Part shown: positions 9,472 to 18,615 of the stretch, piece after piece
How the letters are laid out: each line of letters begins with the position of its first letter
Numbering within the stretch: the stretch's first letter is position 1
Assembly: GCA_022843855.1 (NCBI GenBank)
Contig: JALHMV010000004.1
Coordinates: forward strand, 1 to 47,681
DNA: 47,681 nucleotides
Reading direction: 5' to 3'
Source of the DNA: Patescibacteria group bacterium
GTDB lineage: Bacteria > Patescibacteriota > UBA1384 > 2-12-FULL-50-11
Program-made: the position numbers and the translations under genes
The notes under the pieces: generated by a model
The model's database searches: none
Seen by the model: the letters and a program-made list of their open reading frames with translations, nothing else
Told to the model about the DNA's origin: nothing

Positions 9472-12400
9472 ATGACTGAAGAAAAAATCGAAAAAGAGGC
9501 ATTGAAAATTTTAGAACGGCTTGGCTGGCAGATTTTGAGCGGGCCGGAAATCGGACCGGAAGGGTCGAGTGAGCGAAAGTACGACGAAGTAATTTTGACA
9601 CGGCGTCTTAGCGAAGCGATTGCGCAGTTAAACCCACGACTTCCAGCATCCACGATCGACGAAGTCGTCAAAAAAGTTAGTCGTCATGATCATCCGGAAA
9701 TGCTGCTGGACAATCACCAATTTCACCAGCAATTAACCGATGGTGTGAGTGTTGAATATAGGGCATCAAATGCCGAAGTTCGGACTGAGCAGGCGAGGGT
9801 TTTTGATTTTGAGAATCCTGAAAACAATGAATTCGTAGCAGTTAATCAGTTCACGGTTATTAATGGCGATTATCACCGTCGACCGGACATTGTTCTGTTT
9901 GTAAGCGGTTTACCATTGGGAATCATTGAAATTAAAGACCCGACTGATGAAAGAGCAACATTAGAAAGTGCATATAACCAACTGCAGACATACGAAGCGG
10001 AAATTCAGCCGTTATTTCGATTCAACGCACTGGAAATAATTACCGACGGCATTGATGCGGAGGTTGGAACAATCAGTGCAACCTATGAACGCTTTAATGC
10101 TTGGAAAAGCATTGATGGCAAAAAAGATCACTCAGGCGTACCTATGCTGAAAGTATTGCTGCGTGGTGTTTGTGACAAAGCGCGATTTTTAGAAATAGTT
10201 CGTAGCTTTATTGTTTTTGAAAAAGATAAAAAACACGGATTTATTAAAAAGCTGGCTGGCTATCACCAATACTGGGCAGTGCAAAAAGCGCTTGACTCTA
10301 CCGTGAAATCAATTCGACCGGGCAGTGATCATCGCGTGGGAGTTATTTGGCATACGCAAGGATCCGGTAAGTCGCTGTCCATGGTTTTTTATGCAGGCAA
10401 GTTGGTCGCTAATCCAGAACTCAGAAATCCAACGGTAATTGTGGTGACAGATCGAAACGATTTAGATAACCAGTTATTTGATACATTCTCGAACTGTCCT
10501 GAGTTGTTGCGTCAAATGCCGGTACAGGCAGAAAGTCGTGACCATTTACAGGAAATACTCAAAGTTCAGTCGGGCGGAATTATTTTCACAACCAATGCAA
10601 AATTCTTTCCAGAAAACGGCAAAGAATTTCCGCTATTAAGTGATCGAGAAAACATTATTGTGATTGCTGACGAAGCCCATCGCAGTCAGTACAACTTTAT
10701 TGACGGCTTCGCCAAACACATTCGCGATGCCTTGCCCAATGCTAGCTTTATTGGTTTTACGGGTACGCCAATTGAGGCCGATGATCGTTCAACACCAGCA
10801 GTGTTTGGTGACTACTTAGATGTTTATGACATCGAGCAGGCCGTTAAGGACGGGGCGACTGTTCCAATTTATTACGAAAGTCGTCTTGTTGAGCTGGATA
10901 TCAACAAAGATATGCGAGCCCGTATAGATAATGAAGTTGCCGAAGTAATCGGTGAGGAAGAGTTAGATCGTCAAGAAGAACTGAAGGCAAAATGGGCGCA
11001 AGTTGAGGCGGTGGTTGGCAACTCAAAACGAATTGAACGAATTGCTAGCGATATAGTTGAGCACTTTGATAATCGCCTTAGTGCAATCGACGGTAAGGGC
11101 ATGATTGTGACGATGAGTCGACGGATAGCAGTTGATTTATATAGCGCCATTGTCTCCCTGAAACCGGAGTGGGTAGGGGAAAGCGACAAGGAGGGTTTCC
11201 TAAAAGTGATAATGACTGGCTCAGCAACCGATCCGGTTGATTGGCAACAGCATATTCGTTCAAAAGAACGGCGCAGAGAGTTGGCGGATCATTTCAAGGA
11301 GCCAAGCTCACCGTTTAAGCTGGTGATCGTGTGCGATATGTGGTTGACAGGTTTTGATGCGCCAAGTTTACATACTATGTATCTAGATAAGCCGCTAAAA
11401 GGCCATAACTTAATGCAAGCTATTGCGCGAATTAACCGTGTGTATACGGATAAGCCCGGCGGTGTAGTTGTTGACTATCTGGGCGTCGCCGCAGCTTTGC
11501 GTGAAGCATTGCAGGACTACACGGTAAGTGGTGGCAAAGGCCGACCAACGCTCGATCAGCGCGAAGCTGTGGCGGTGATGATGGAAAAAATCGAGCAACT
11601 TCGCGATATGTTTCACGATTTCCCATATCGAAAGTACTTTACGGCTGATACTAAACGGCAGTTGCAGGTCTTGTTGGATGCTCAGGAATACGTCCTCTTG
11701 CAAGAAGAAGGGGAGAAGCGCTTGAAGCAGTATGTTCTAGAGCTTTCGAAGGCATTTGCATTAGCCGTTCCAAATGCGCAGGCACTGGCGACTCGCGAAG
11801 AGGTGGCATTCTTCCAGGCGGTGAGAGCGAGGCTTTCTAAGATTGTAGAAAAGGGGAAGAGCGATCAGGACTTTGGGGCGGCAATCAAACAGATCGTTGA
11901 TAAAGCCATCGCCCCGGCTGGTGTGGTGGATATCTTCGAAGCCGCGGGAATTGATAAACCAGATATTTCTATACTGTCTGACGAATTCCTGGCTGAGATT
12001 AGAGGTATGGAGCGCAAAAATTTAGCGGTTGAGGCATTGCGTAAGCTGCTGGACGGAGAGATCAAGGCAAAATTCTCCAAAAATGCAGTAAAGCTTGGTT
12101 CGTTTGCCGAGATGTTGGAGAAGGCCTTGTTGCGTTATAAAAACAATGCGATTGAAGCCGCGCAAGTCATTGAAGAATTGATAGAAATCGCCAACACTAT
12201 TCGATCTTCGGAAGAAGAAGGTGAAAAACTTGGTCTGTCGCCTGATGAGATTGCATTTTACGATGCATTGGCACAGAACGACAGTGCTCGTGCGGTGATG
12301 GGTGATGACAAATTGCGTGACTTGGCACGATTGTTGGTGAAAAGGGTTCGAGAGAATATTACTGTTGATTGGTCAGTACGAGAAGCAGCTCGCGCTCGTC

Positions 12401-12528
12401 TTAAAGTTATGGTCAAAAGACTACTACGAGAATACGGTTATCCGCCAGATCAAGAAAAAATAGCAACTGAGCTTGTGCTTGTGCAGGCTAGTTTGTTTGG
12501 CGACGAATGGAGTAGTCGTGACCGCTAA
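9472..12528 (+). CDS. hsdR: Type I restriction enzyme, endonuclease/translocase subunit R
   Basis: 1018 aa. N-terminal PD-(D/E)xK nuclease ([21 protein letters not shown]). SF2 motor motifs HTQGSGKS (I), [10 protein letters not shown] (II, DEAH) and FTGTP (III). C-terminal helical domain of the kind seen in HsdR ([10 protein letters not shown]...[10 protein letters not shown]). Confidence 0.93.
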   Translation: MTEEKIEKEALKILERLGWQILSGPEIGPEGSSERKYDEVILTRRLSEAIAQLNPRLPASTIDEVVKKVSRHDHPEMLLDNHQFHQQLTDGVSVEYRASNAEVRTEQARVFDFENPENNEFVAVNQFTVINGDYHRRPDIVLFVSGLPLGIIEIKDPTDERATLESAYNQLQTYEAEIQPLFRFNALEIITDGIDAEVGTISATYERFNAWKSIDGKKDHSGVPMLKVLLRGVCDKARFLEIVRSFIVFEKDKKHGFIKKLAGYHQYWAVQKALDSTVKSIRPGSDHRVGVIWHTQGSGKSLSMVFYAGKLVANPELRNPTVIVVTDRNDLDNQLFDTFSNCPELLRQMPVQAESRDHLQEILKVQSGGIIFTTNAKFFPENGKEFPLLSDRENIIVIADEAHRSQYNFIDGFAKHIRDALPNASFIGFTGTPIEADDRSTPAVFGDYLDVYDIEQAVKDGATVPIYYESRLVELDINKDMRARIDNEVAEVIGEEELDRQEELKAKWAQVEAVVGNSKRIERIASDIVEHFDNRLSAIDGKGMIVTMSRRIAVDLYSAIVSLKPEWVGESDKEGFLKVIMTGSATDPVDWQQHIRSKERRRELADHFKEPSSPFKLVIVCDMWLTGFDAPSLHTMYLDKPLKGHNLMQAIARINRVYTDKPGGVVVDYLGVAAALREALQDYTVSGGKGRPTLDQREAVAVMMEKIEQLRDMFHDFPYRKYFTADTKRQLQVLLDAQEYVLLQEEGEKRLKQYVLELSKAFALAVPNAQALATREEVAFFQAVRARLSKIVEKGKSDQDFGAAIKQIVDKAIAPAGVVDIFEAAGIDKPDISILSDEFLAEIRGMERKNLAVEALRKLLDGEIKAKFSKNAVKLGSFAEMLEKALLRYKNNAIEAAQVIEELIEIANTIRSSEEEGEKLGLSPDEIAFYDALAQNDSARAVMGDDKLRDLARLLVKRVRENITVDWSVREAARARLKVMVKRLLREYGYPPDQEKIATELVLVQASLFGDEWSSRDR

Positions 12529-12784
12529 ACAATTTCAAAATTTACTTAAGAAAAAGCATCAAGCAATAATAGGGGCGCAGTTTTGTTTTTTGATTGCGTT
12601 TGCGGTAGTGATCGGTAATCAGCACAACGCTTTAACAGCGCGGGATAGAAAAGCGCAACAAGTGCAGCAGAGTCTCCATGATATTAGTCAGTGGCATCGA
12701 GCTGAGTATGGGGCGCGCTACGAAGCGGTCGCTCACTCGCTTCTTTTGTTGGATGCGTACGAACAGGGTGGTGTGGAAAAATGA
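12518..12784 (+). CDS. Small single-pass membrane protein, paralog 1 (shorter copy)
   Basis: About 88 aa from GTG 12518; TTG 12497 is an alternative start. The start lies inside the last codons of hsd[33 protein letters not shown]...[15 protein letters not shown] aligns with the 13208 ORF. Start is uncertain. Confidence 0.5.
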   Translation: MTAKQFQNLLKKKHQAIIGAQFCFLIAFAVVIGNQHNALTARDRKAQQVQQSLHDISQWHRAEYGARYEAVAHSLLLLDAYEQGGVEK

Positions 12785-12797
12785 CAAGAAGTATCTG

Positions 12798-13211
12798 ATG
12801 TCTAAACCGTTTCGCTCTGATAATGCACAAATCAGAAAGACTACAGAAGAGATCCATGGTCACCTTCATCTTGTTCTGAATGACATTGCCCATACTTGCC
12901 CAGACGGTGGCCTCCAGGAGTGTATAGACGGTCAGTTGATCGAATATATTCAACGCCGGAAGGGCTGGCACCCGATTGGAGAAAACGGTTTTTCCTACAA
13001 AAATGGGATCAAAGTTGTTGTTGATTCTTATCGATTTTCAAACGCTTTCGAAACGGTATTGAATATCGGGAAAGAGCTGCTGCGCGCTGAACTTGAGGGC
13101 TTGATTAAAGAATCGGCCAACAAAGGTGATGAAATACGGCGTGCGCTAAAAGAATTCGAGAGTAAAGATTGGACCGCCGCATTTGTTCGGAGGATTGTAA
13201 GTGAAAAATGA
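12798..13211 (+). CDS. Hypothetical soluble protein (137 aa)
   Basis: ATG 12798 lies 13 nt after the paralog-1 stop, and the stop overlaps the next ATG (ATGA at 13208). No recognisable motifs. The C-terminal half is predicted helical. Confidence 0.5.
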   Translation: MSKPFRSDNAQIRKTTEEIHGHLHLVLNDIAHTCPDGGLQECIDGQLIEYIQRRKGWHPIGENGFSYKNGIKVVVDSYRFSNAFETVLNIGKELLRAELEGLIKESANKGDEIRRALKEFESKDWTAAFVRRIVSEK

Positions 13212-13609
13212 TCAAACGCCTAACCGCTCGACAACTCCGGGTACTTGTCAAACAAAAGCACCGCGCCATTATCGGCGCTCAACTGGGGTTACTCCTTATA
13301 TTTGCTATTTTTATCTCGATGCAATACCGCTCGTTGGAACAACTACAGGGCAAGGTTGCTGACTATCAACAGAGTCTCGGACAGATCAGCACTATGCATC
13401 GAGCGCAATGGCGGGCCAGTACCGATGCGACTTTTCATGCGCTTGGGATGCCGGACGCCTATCTCGAAGGCGTCGAAAAGGTCGATGAGGTCTACGAGGC
13501 GGTGATGGCTGCATCTGAAGAAGCCGTCCGGCAGAAAGATCTTATTATTGAAGAGCTAAAAAAATACGGCATCGTGCCGCCGCCTGAGGAACCGACACCG
13601 GCGACCTAA
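13208..13609 (+). CDS. Small single-pass membrane protein, paralog 2 (longer copy, 133 aa)
   Basis: TARQLRVLVKQKHRAIIGAQLGLLLIFAIFIS...QQSLGQISTMHRAQW...AYLEGVEKV aligns with 12518-12784. It has an extra ~45-aa C-terminal tail ending in a Pro-rich stretch. Confidence 0.6.
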   Translation: MIKRLTARQLRVLVKQKHRAIIGAQLGLLLIFAIFISMQYRSLEQLQGKVADYQQSLGQISTMHRAQWRASTDATFHALGMPDAYLEGVEKVDEVYEAVMAASEEAVRQKDLIIEELKKYGIVPPPEEPTPAT

Positions 13610-13653
13610 TTGATTTCCGTGCATTTTGGGTTGTTGCGACTTATGATGATGCT

Positions 13654-14490
13654 ATGAACCAACTCATTACGAACATTCAATGGAAAAAGGTCGGGATCGG
13701 CGCTTTTTGGGCAGTGACAATTTTAGGCTACTTCTCGCTCGTCGCAGTTGTTATGGTGTATTTTTCACCAATCCTGGACGAGCAACTAACGAATCCAGTT
13801 ACTGGTGAAGCATGTCGAGGTGATGCCACGGTAGTCAACATCCCCATCAGCGGCTCACTGTATACCTATCATTTCGAAGAAGGCGACACCGCCTCGTTGG
13901 ATATTACACAGTTGATCCGTCGGGCAAACGATTCGCCAAATATTAGCGCCATTGTCCTTGAGATTGACTCTCCCGGAGGCGATCCAACCGCTGGCGAAGA
14001 AATCGCGGCGGCGGTTGCTGCATCTGAGAAACCGGTGTATGCCCTTGCGCGGGGTTACGCCACATCAGCTGCTTACTGGGCTGGTCTGACCTCGAAAGCG
14101 TTCTATGCGCATTCAACTTCCTTAGTGGGAAGTATTGGTATAACCGCGTCGTACGTGGATGCTGCCGAAAAGAATAAACGGGATGGCTTAACGTACAACC
14201 AATTGTCGACGGGGAAGTTTAAGGATTTATTTGATCCCAACAAGCCGCTCACTAAAGATGAGCGAACTCATATTGAGACGGAGTTAAACAAGTTTAAGGA
14301 ACTATTTGTTGACCAAGTCGCAACATTGCGCAAATTGCCGCGAGAAGAAGTGGTCGCTTTAGCGGACGGCTCCGCGTTGTTGGGTGGAGACGCTAAGACC
14401 AAGAAGTTGATCGATGAAGTCGGAACGATGACGGACGTTAAGAAGCGAATTGAGGCAGACACCGGTACGCCAGCCCTTCTTTGCTGGTAA
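13654..14490 (+). CDS. sppA: Signal peptide peptidase SppA-like serine protease (peptidase family S49), membrane anchored
   Basis: 278 aa with an N-terminal TM (VGIGAFWAVTILGYFSLVAVVMVYF). S49 motifs: LEIDSPGGDPTAGEEIAAAV, ARGYATSAAYWAGL (nucleophile Ser region), SLVGSIGI. Confidence 0.75.
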   Translation: MNQLITNIQWKKVGIGAFWAVTILGYFSLVAVVMVYFSPILDEQLTNPVTGEACRGDATVVNIPISGSLYTYHFEEGDTASLDITQLIRRANDSPNISAIVLEIDSPGGDPTAGEEIAAAVAASEKPVYALARGYATSAAYWAGLTSKAFYAHSTSLVGSIGITASYVDAAEKNKRDGLTYNQLSTGKFKDLFDPNKPLTKDERTHIETELNKFKELFVDQVATLRKLPREEVVALADGSALLGGDAKTKKLIDEVGTMTDVKKRIEADTGTPALLCW

Positions 14491-14521
14491 GAATTATTAG
14501 TACGAATAGTTTTAGGTAATG

Positions 14522-14550
14522 AAAAGGCCGGGTCCATAGAGGACCCGGCC
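14522..14550. terminator. Strong hairpin between convergent genes; the T-run is on the minus strand
   Basis: Perfect 10-bp stem ggccgggtcc / ggacccggcc with a 5-nt loop. Preceded by aaaa on the plus strand, which reads as tttt after the stem on the minus strand. Confidence 0.6.
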
Positions 14551-14567
14551 GTGGCAGACGGAGCTGC

Positions 14568-15065
14568 CTAGTTTGGGTTTGCCAGGAAGTCGCGAAGCTC
14601 CTGGCGGGCTTTGGTTTCGGCATCGAGCTGGTTGACGGCCTCCTTCGCCGTTGTCAGCGCGGTGTCGATCGCGGTGTCGGGACCGATTGCGTCGTAGGCT
14701 TTCTCAAGCACTTCGACGCTCAGTTCTTGGACGTTGAGCGATTGGCACATCGCTGCCAATGTCAGTCGTTCGTCTTGGAGTTTATCTAGCTCGCTCGCGA
14801 CGATTTCCATTTGGGCAGCGATAGCTTCGAGAGCTGTCGCGTACGAACGGTGAACTTCAGCGACTGCCTCAAGCTCACTTTTTGCTTGATTGGCCAAGTC
14901 TGGATCGGGGTAGGTGGACTTCTGCGTCCAGTCGTCAACGATCAGCTTGGCGTCAGCGGTCAGCTCTTCCAACACACCCGCGGCCAGGTAGGCGTTGCGA
15001 ATATGCTGGATTCGTGGCTGGACCTTGCCGAGCCACTCATGGAAGATCGCATCGCCGTTTGGCAT
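14568..15065 (-). CDS. Hypothetical all-helical protein (165 aa), third gene of a minus-strand operon
   Basis: The ATG shares 1 nt with the upstream gene's TGA (TGATG at 15063-15067). Acidic, coiled-coil-like sequence (ELEAVAEVHRSYATALEAIAAQMEIVASELDKLQDERL). No known motif. Confidence 0.6.
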   Translation of the reverse strand: MPNGDAIFHEWLGKVQPRIQHIRNAYLAAGVLEELTADAKLIVDDWTQKSTYPDPDLANQAKSELEAVAEVHRSYATALEAIAAQMEIVASELDKLQDERLTLAAMCQSLNVQELSVEVLEKAYDAIGPDTAIDTALTTAKEAVNQLDAETKARQELRDFLANPN

Positions 15066-15916
15066 CAGACAACTCCCATTTGCTTGACTTCGGCCGGCGA
15101 CATTTCTTTACCGACGTAGACGACGCAATCGGAGCCTTCTTCGGCCCACATTGCGACCATCCGGCGACCGGTGAAGCTCTTGTCACCACTGACAAAGTCG
15201 GCTCGCATGTCGTAGTACGACACCGGTCGACCGACCGTGGTGAGGAGCGTCGGAACGTCGTCGGCAAACTCGCCCAATTCCGAAAGCACCGAAGTGCATT
15301 CGATCGTGCTTTGGCCGGGATTGCGACCGCCCTCGTTAAGGCCGTAGGCGCCGTTGATCTCCCATTGGCAACCACGAAACTCGCGAATCGCCTGATCGGG
15401 AGTGTCGTCTCCGGCTTTGACGTCGTCGAGAAGCTCCTTGCGCTCTTTGAGGAGCAGGTTGGCTTCGCTACTGGTAATGGGCAGTTCCGTTAAAAGGAAC
15501 CATTTCTTCGGCGTTTTCATGATGAGCATGTCGCCGGAGAGCCAGATGAACTGAGTGATCGCTACGCCTTGCGGCGTATAGATATTAGCTAGCGCCGTGG
15601 TGACGACGGTCCGATTGGCTTTCCAGGATTTGGATCCCGGAGCGTAGTTCGGTACGTCGCTGATGACTTGACCAGCTCGGGCTTCGTCGACGGTGATAGC
15701 TTCAACGATATCATCGCTGGGGTTGGTGTCGGGTTCTTCGCGATGAATCACCCGGCCGTTAGCCCGTAGTTGGGGTTCTTGGGCAGCGACTTTCTTAACG
15801 TATCCGAACCACGGGCCAATATGATTTGGCCAGAGGTCGGTCACGATCCAAAAGACGCCGGCGCCGATGACGATCAGGTACACAATGACCTGAAGAACGT
15901 GAAAGAGTGTCCACAT
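15065..15916 (-). CDS. Hypothetical membrane-anchored protein (283 aa), possibly DUF4178-like
   Basis: N-terminal TM (VLQVIVYLIVIGAGVFWIV). The body has two beta-rich segments (ITQFIWLSGDMLIMKTPKKWFLL; GRRMVAMWAEEGSDCVVYVGKEM) reminiscent of DUF4178. This is a tentative call. Starts 6 nt after the upstream stop. Confidence 0.6.
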   Translation of the reverse strand: MWTLFHVLQVIVYLIVIGAGVFWIVTDLWPNHIGPWFGYVKKVAAQEPQLRANGRVIHREEPDTNPSDDIVEAITVDEARAGQVISDVPNYAPGSKSWKANRTVVTTALANIYTPQGVAITQFIWLSGDMLIMKTPKKWFLLTELPITSSEANLLLKERKELLDDVKAGDDTPDQAIREFRGCQWEINGAYGLNEGGRNPGQSTIECTSVLSELGEFADDVPTLLTTVGRPVSYYDMRADFVSGDKSFTGRRMVAMWAEEGSDCVVYVGKEMSPAEVKQMGVV

Positions 15917-15922
15917 AGTTGA

Positions 15923-17347
15923 TTAGTCTCCTCCGCCGAACGAACCAGATCCCGGTCCGCCGAATGATCCGCCCATGCCTCCGCCTGAGCTTCCACCACC
16001 GTAACCGCTCCCGAAGCCGCCTCCGCTTGAGCCGCCATACCCGCCGTAGCTGCCGCCAGAAGAACTGGAGCCGCTATCGTAGGATGTTGTCGGTGGGGGT
16101 GGGGTGTAGGTGTCAACCTCATCGTAGGCTTGGTTAGCCAGACTAGTTGCCGTTTGATAGTGAGTGACCGCCAAGACGGGGTCACTGGCTTCATATTGCC
16201 GGGCCGAATCGCGATGCCGACGAGCACTTGCCAGAGTTGCCTCGGCGGTGTCTTGGTCGTTTCGATCTTCCCAGTCGTCAATATGCTCAGCAGCGCGGCT
16301 GATGGCCGAGTTGGCATCGATACGCTCTGATCGCATGACGGCGACAGCATTACGGACGCGAACGTCGAAGTTGTGCACCGACTTGATGTAGTTCTGGATC
16401 TTGGTGAGCTCGCCTCGAACGCTGCGCAAAAGCACATCAGCCCTGGCAAACTCTTGGGTATCCATACTATTGAGTCGGTTGATCTCGCCCAATGTTTGTT
16501 CGAGATTCGCCAATGACCGCTGATGCGTTGTAAGCCCGGCAGTGAAGCCTTTGCGGTTGTAGGCGCTATAGCGTTCAATCCGCACGGCAGCGTTGTACGC
16601 ATCGGTAAACGAATTACGAAGCGTGCCGAGCGTGTTGCCGGCGTTGCCTGAGAGCTCATTGACGGTCTGACGCAGCTTGGGAGCGCGATCAGCCAGTTCT
16701 AACGATTGTGTGGCGACGCTTTTGGCCTCTTCGCCAATGGCGAAGATCCGGACGTAATCTGGACGATTGTCCCGAGGGTCAATCGCGTTCATGAGCCGGG
16801 CCACTTTCGCTTCGGTTTCGTTGAGCTGGCCAATTACCATGCGAGCGTCACCGAAGTGACGATCGAAGTAGCCGTTGGCAATATGCCCGGCGATCCGGTT
16901 GGTCGTTGCCTGGCTGTAGGCGTTGATTTGGCTGACGACGTTGGGGTAGGCCTCGAGGGCCGTGTCCAAGTCGGTTAGCCCAGCAGTCAAAGCCTTCATA
17001 TCGCGCTGAACTTCAGCGAGGATGTAGCTGGCCTGACCGGTTGCCACTGCCACGGGTTTTGGGTTGGGACCGTCGGCGGCCTTCAGCTTGCTTGTCGCTT
17101 GTTCGAGCGCGGTGATGAGGTCGTTGACCGACAAGTTGTCTGTGTACTTCGGATGCGTTTGTTTCGCAGCCGTGACACGGGCAAGAATGTCGGTCCGTAA
17201 TTCGTTGGTTGTCTTGGTGATAGCTGCCTGAACCGTATCGCGTTGGCGATAGATCTTTCCCGCTTCGTAGTCCTTACCGAACCCGAAGACGAGAGAGAGG
17301 GCAAACAGTCCCAAGATCCATTGCGGAATCGTTGAGCGATTGTTCAT
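15923..17347 (-). CDS. Hypothetical N-terminally anchored long helical protein with a Gly/Ser-rich C-terminal tail (474 aa)
   Basis: Preferred start is ATG 17347 (MNNRSTIPQWILGLFALSLVFGF = TM), preceded by aggaaac. About 400 aa of helical/coiled-coil sequence, then PPPPTTSYDSGSSSSGGSYGGYGGSSGGGFGSGYGGGSSGGGMGGSFGGPGSGSFGGGD. Confidence 0.62.
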   Translation of the reverse strand: MNNRSTIPQWILGLFALSLVFGFGKDYEAGKIYRQRDTVQAAITKTTNELRTDILARVTAAKQTHPKYTDNLSVNDLITALEQATSKLKAADGPNPKPVAVATGQASYILAEVQRDMKALTAGLTDLDTALEAYPNVVSQINAYSQATTNRIAGHIANGYFDRHFGDARMVIGQLNETEAKVARLMNAIDPRDNRPDYVRIFAIGEEAKSVATQSLELADRAPKLRQTVNELSGNAGNTLGTLRNSFTDAYNAAVRIERYSAYNRKGFTAGLTTHQRSLANLEQTLGEINRLNSMDTQEFARADVLLRSVRGELTKIQNYIKSVHNFDVRVRNAVAVMRSERIDANSAISRAAEHIDDWEDRNDQDTAEATLASARRHRDSARQYEASDPVLAVTHYQTATSLANQAYDEVDTYTPPPPTTSYDSGSSSSGGSYGGYGGSSGGGFGSGYGGGSSGGGMGGSFGGPGSGSFGGGD

Positions 17348-17471
17348 AAACTGTTTCCTGTAAGTAAACGTGCGGTGACGGCGCAGTCGCCGCACAGTGC
17401 AGGCGGAATAATAGCAGTTTTCAGGTTAGGAGTCGATGGGTTTGAGGCATATTTTTACTGACCAGTAGAGT

Positions 17472-17504
17472 AAGAGAAAGGCCGAGTCCATATTGAACCC
17501 GGCC
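17472..17504 (-). terminator. Terminator-like hairpin downstream of metK
   Basis: Minus strand reads ggccgggt-tcaatatgg-actcggcc (one mismatch) followed by tttctctt. Confidence 0.45.
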
Positions 17505-17536
17505 ATCTTTTTGTCGACGCTGTCGTTAGGCGCCGG

Positions 17537-18595
17537 TTACATTTTCCTAGTCGTGACCTTCTCCCAAGGGAATGTTTTGCTCGAGAAGTGGCCGTTAATC
17601 GCTGTTTGGCGGTAGATTGGCTGACGTAGGTCTAGGAATTTGATAATCCCTGCTGGTGAGAGGTCGAAATTCTTAACCACCCAATCTCGAGCGGGATAGT
17701 CGGTATCGGTCCAAGCGTCCACCATCACGGGATCGTTATGGCCAATGGCGTAGGCGCACGAGACGAGACATTCGTTGCACCACCCTTGTGAAACAATATT
17801 TTTTGCCAAATAGCGGGCCATGTACGCTGCTGAGCGATCAACTTTGGTTGGGTCCTTTCCACTAAAACAACCGCCACCCTGCGGAATGAGGCCGCCGTAG
17901 GTGTCGACCATGATCTTGCGACCAGTCAGTCCGGTATCTGCTTCAAACCCTCCTTGTAAGAAAATTCCGGTTGGGTTGATGTGGCAATCCTCGAATCGCA
18001 GGTTGGCAACAACCGGTTGTATGACGTGCTCGAATATTTGCTGGCGTAGTTCGTCGGTAGTGATTGTTTCTTCGTGTTGAGTAGAGACGACAACGGTCCA
18101 AACCGAATTGTCGACGGTGGTGACTTGGGCTTTGCCGTCGGGGCGAAGCCAGCTAAATTTTGGATTATTTTTGCGCAATTCCGTCAGCCGATCAGTTAAC
18201 TTGTGAGCCAGAACCACTGGTAGCGGTAAAAGCTGCGGTGTCTCTTTGGTGGCGTAGCCATACATAATTCCTTGGTCGCCTGCGCCGCCCGTGTCGACGC
18301 CCAGAGCGATGTCTGAAGATTGAGTAACGATCTTAACGGTAATATCTAGCGCGTCAGCGTAGCCTATCGATCGATAGACTTGCTTGGCAACATTGGCAGC
18401 GTCAACGGTTGCCTTCGAAGTTACCTCGCCAACAATAAACAAGACACCGTGACCCCCTACGGCTTCGACCGCAACGCGGCTATTTGGGTCGTCTGTTAGA
18501 TATGCATCAAGAATTGCATCGGAAATTTGGTCGCAAATCTTGTCTGGGTGTCCTTCGGTCACTGACTCAGCCGTTCTCCACTGGCTTATAATCAT
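17537..18595 (-). CDS. metK: S-adenosylmethionine synthetase
   Basis: 352 aa with ESVTEGHPDKICDQISD, GAGDQGIMYGYA and GGGCFSGKDPTKVDRSAAY motifs. SD aaggagg lies 5 nt upstream. Confidence 0.95.
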   Translation of the reverse strand: MIISQWRTAESVTEGHPDKICDQISDAILDAYLTDDPNSRVAVEAVGGHGVLFIVGEVTSKATVDAANVAKQVYRSIGYADALDITVKIVTQSSDIALGVDTGGAGDQGIMYGYATKETPQLLPLPVVLAHKLTDRLTELRKNNPKFSWLRPDGKAQVTTVDNSVWTVVVSTQHEETITTDELRQQIFEHVIQPVVANLRFEDCHINPTGIFLQGGFEADTGLTGRKIMVDTYGGLIPQGGGCFSGKDPTKVDRSAAYMARYLAKNIVSQGWCNECLVSCAYAIGHNDPVMVDAWTDTDYPARDWVVKNFDLSPAGIIKFLDLRQPIYRQTAINGHFSSKTFPWEKVTTRKM

Positions 18596-18615
18596 TCTGC
18601 CTCCTTAACATAAAA

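Noticed and set aside
12473-12517. ATG 12473 as the start of the first small TM protein
   Set aside because: It would place 15 extra Cys/Leu-rich codons entirely inside hsdR. Alignment with the paralog at 13208 begins near GTG 12518 (or TTG 12497), so the shorter start is preferred. This remains uncertain.
15874-16659. 261-aa minus-strand ORF in a different frame, overlapping the 15923-17347 gene; also plus-strand ORFs at 14882-15493 and 14811-15119
   Set aside because: GC-rich DNA generates long spurious ORFs. These translate to Arg/Ser/Pro/Thr-rich junk and overlap better-supported genes that show operon-style junctions.
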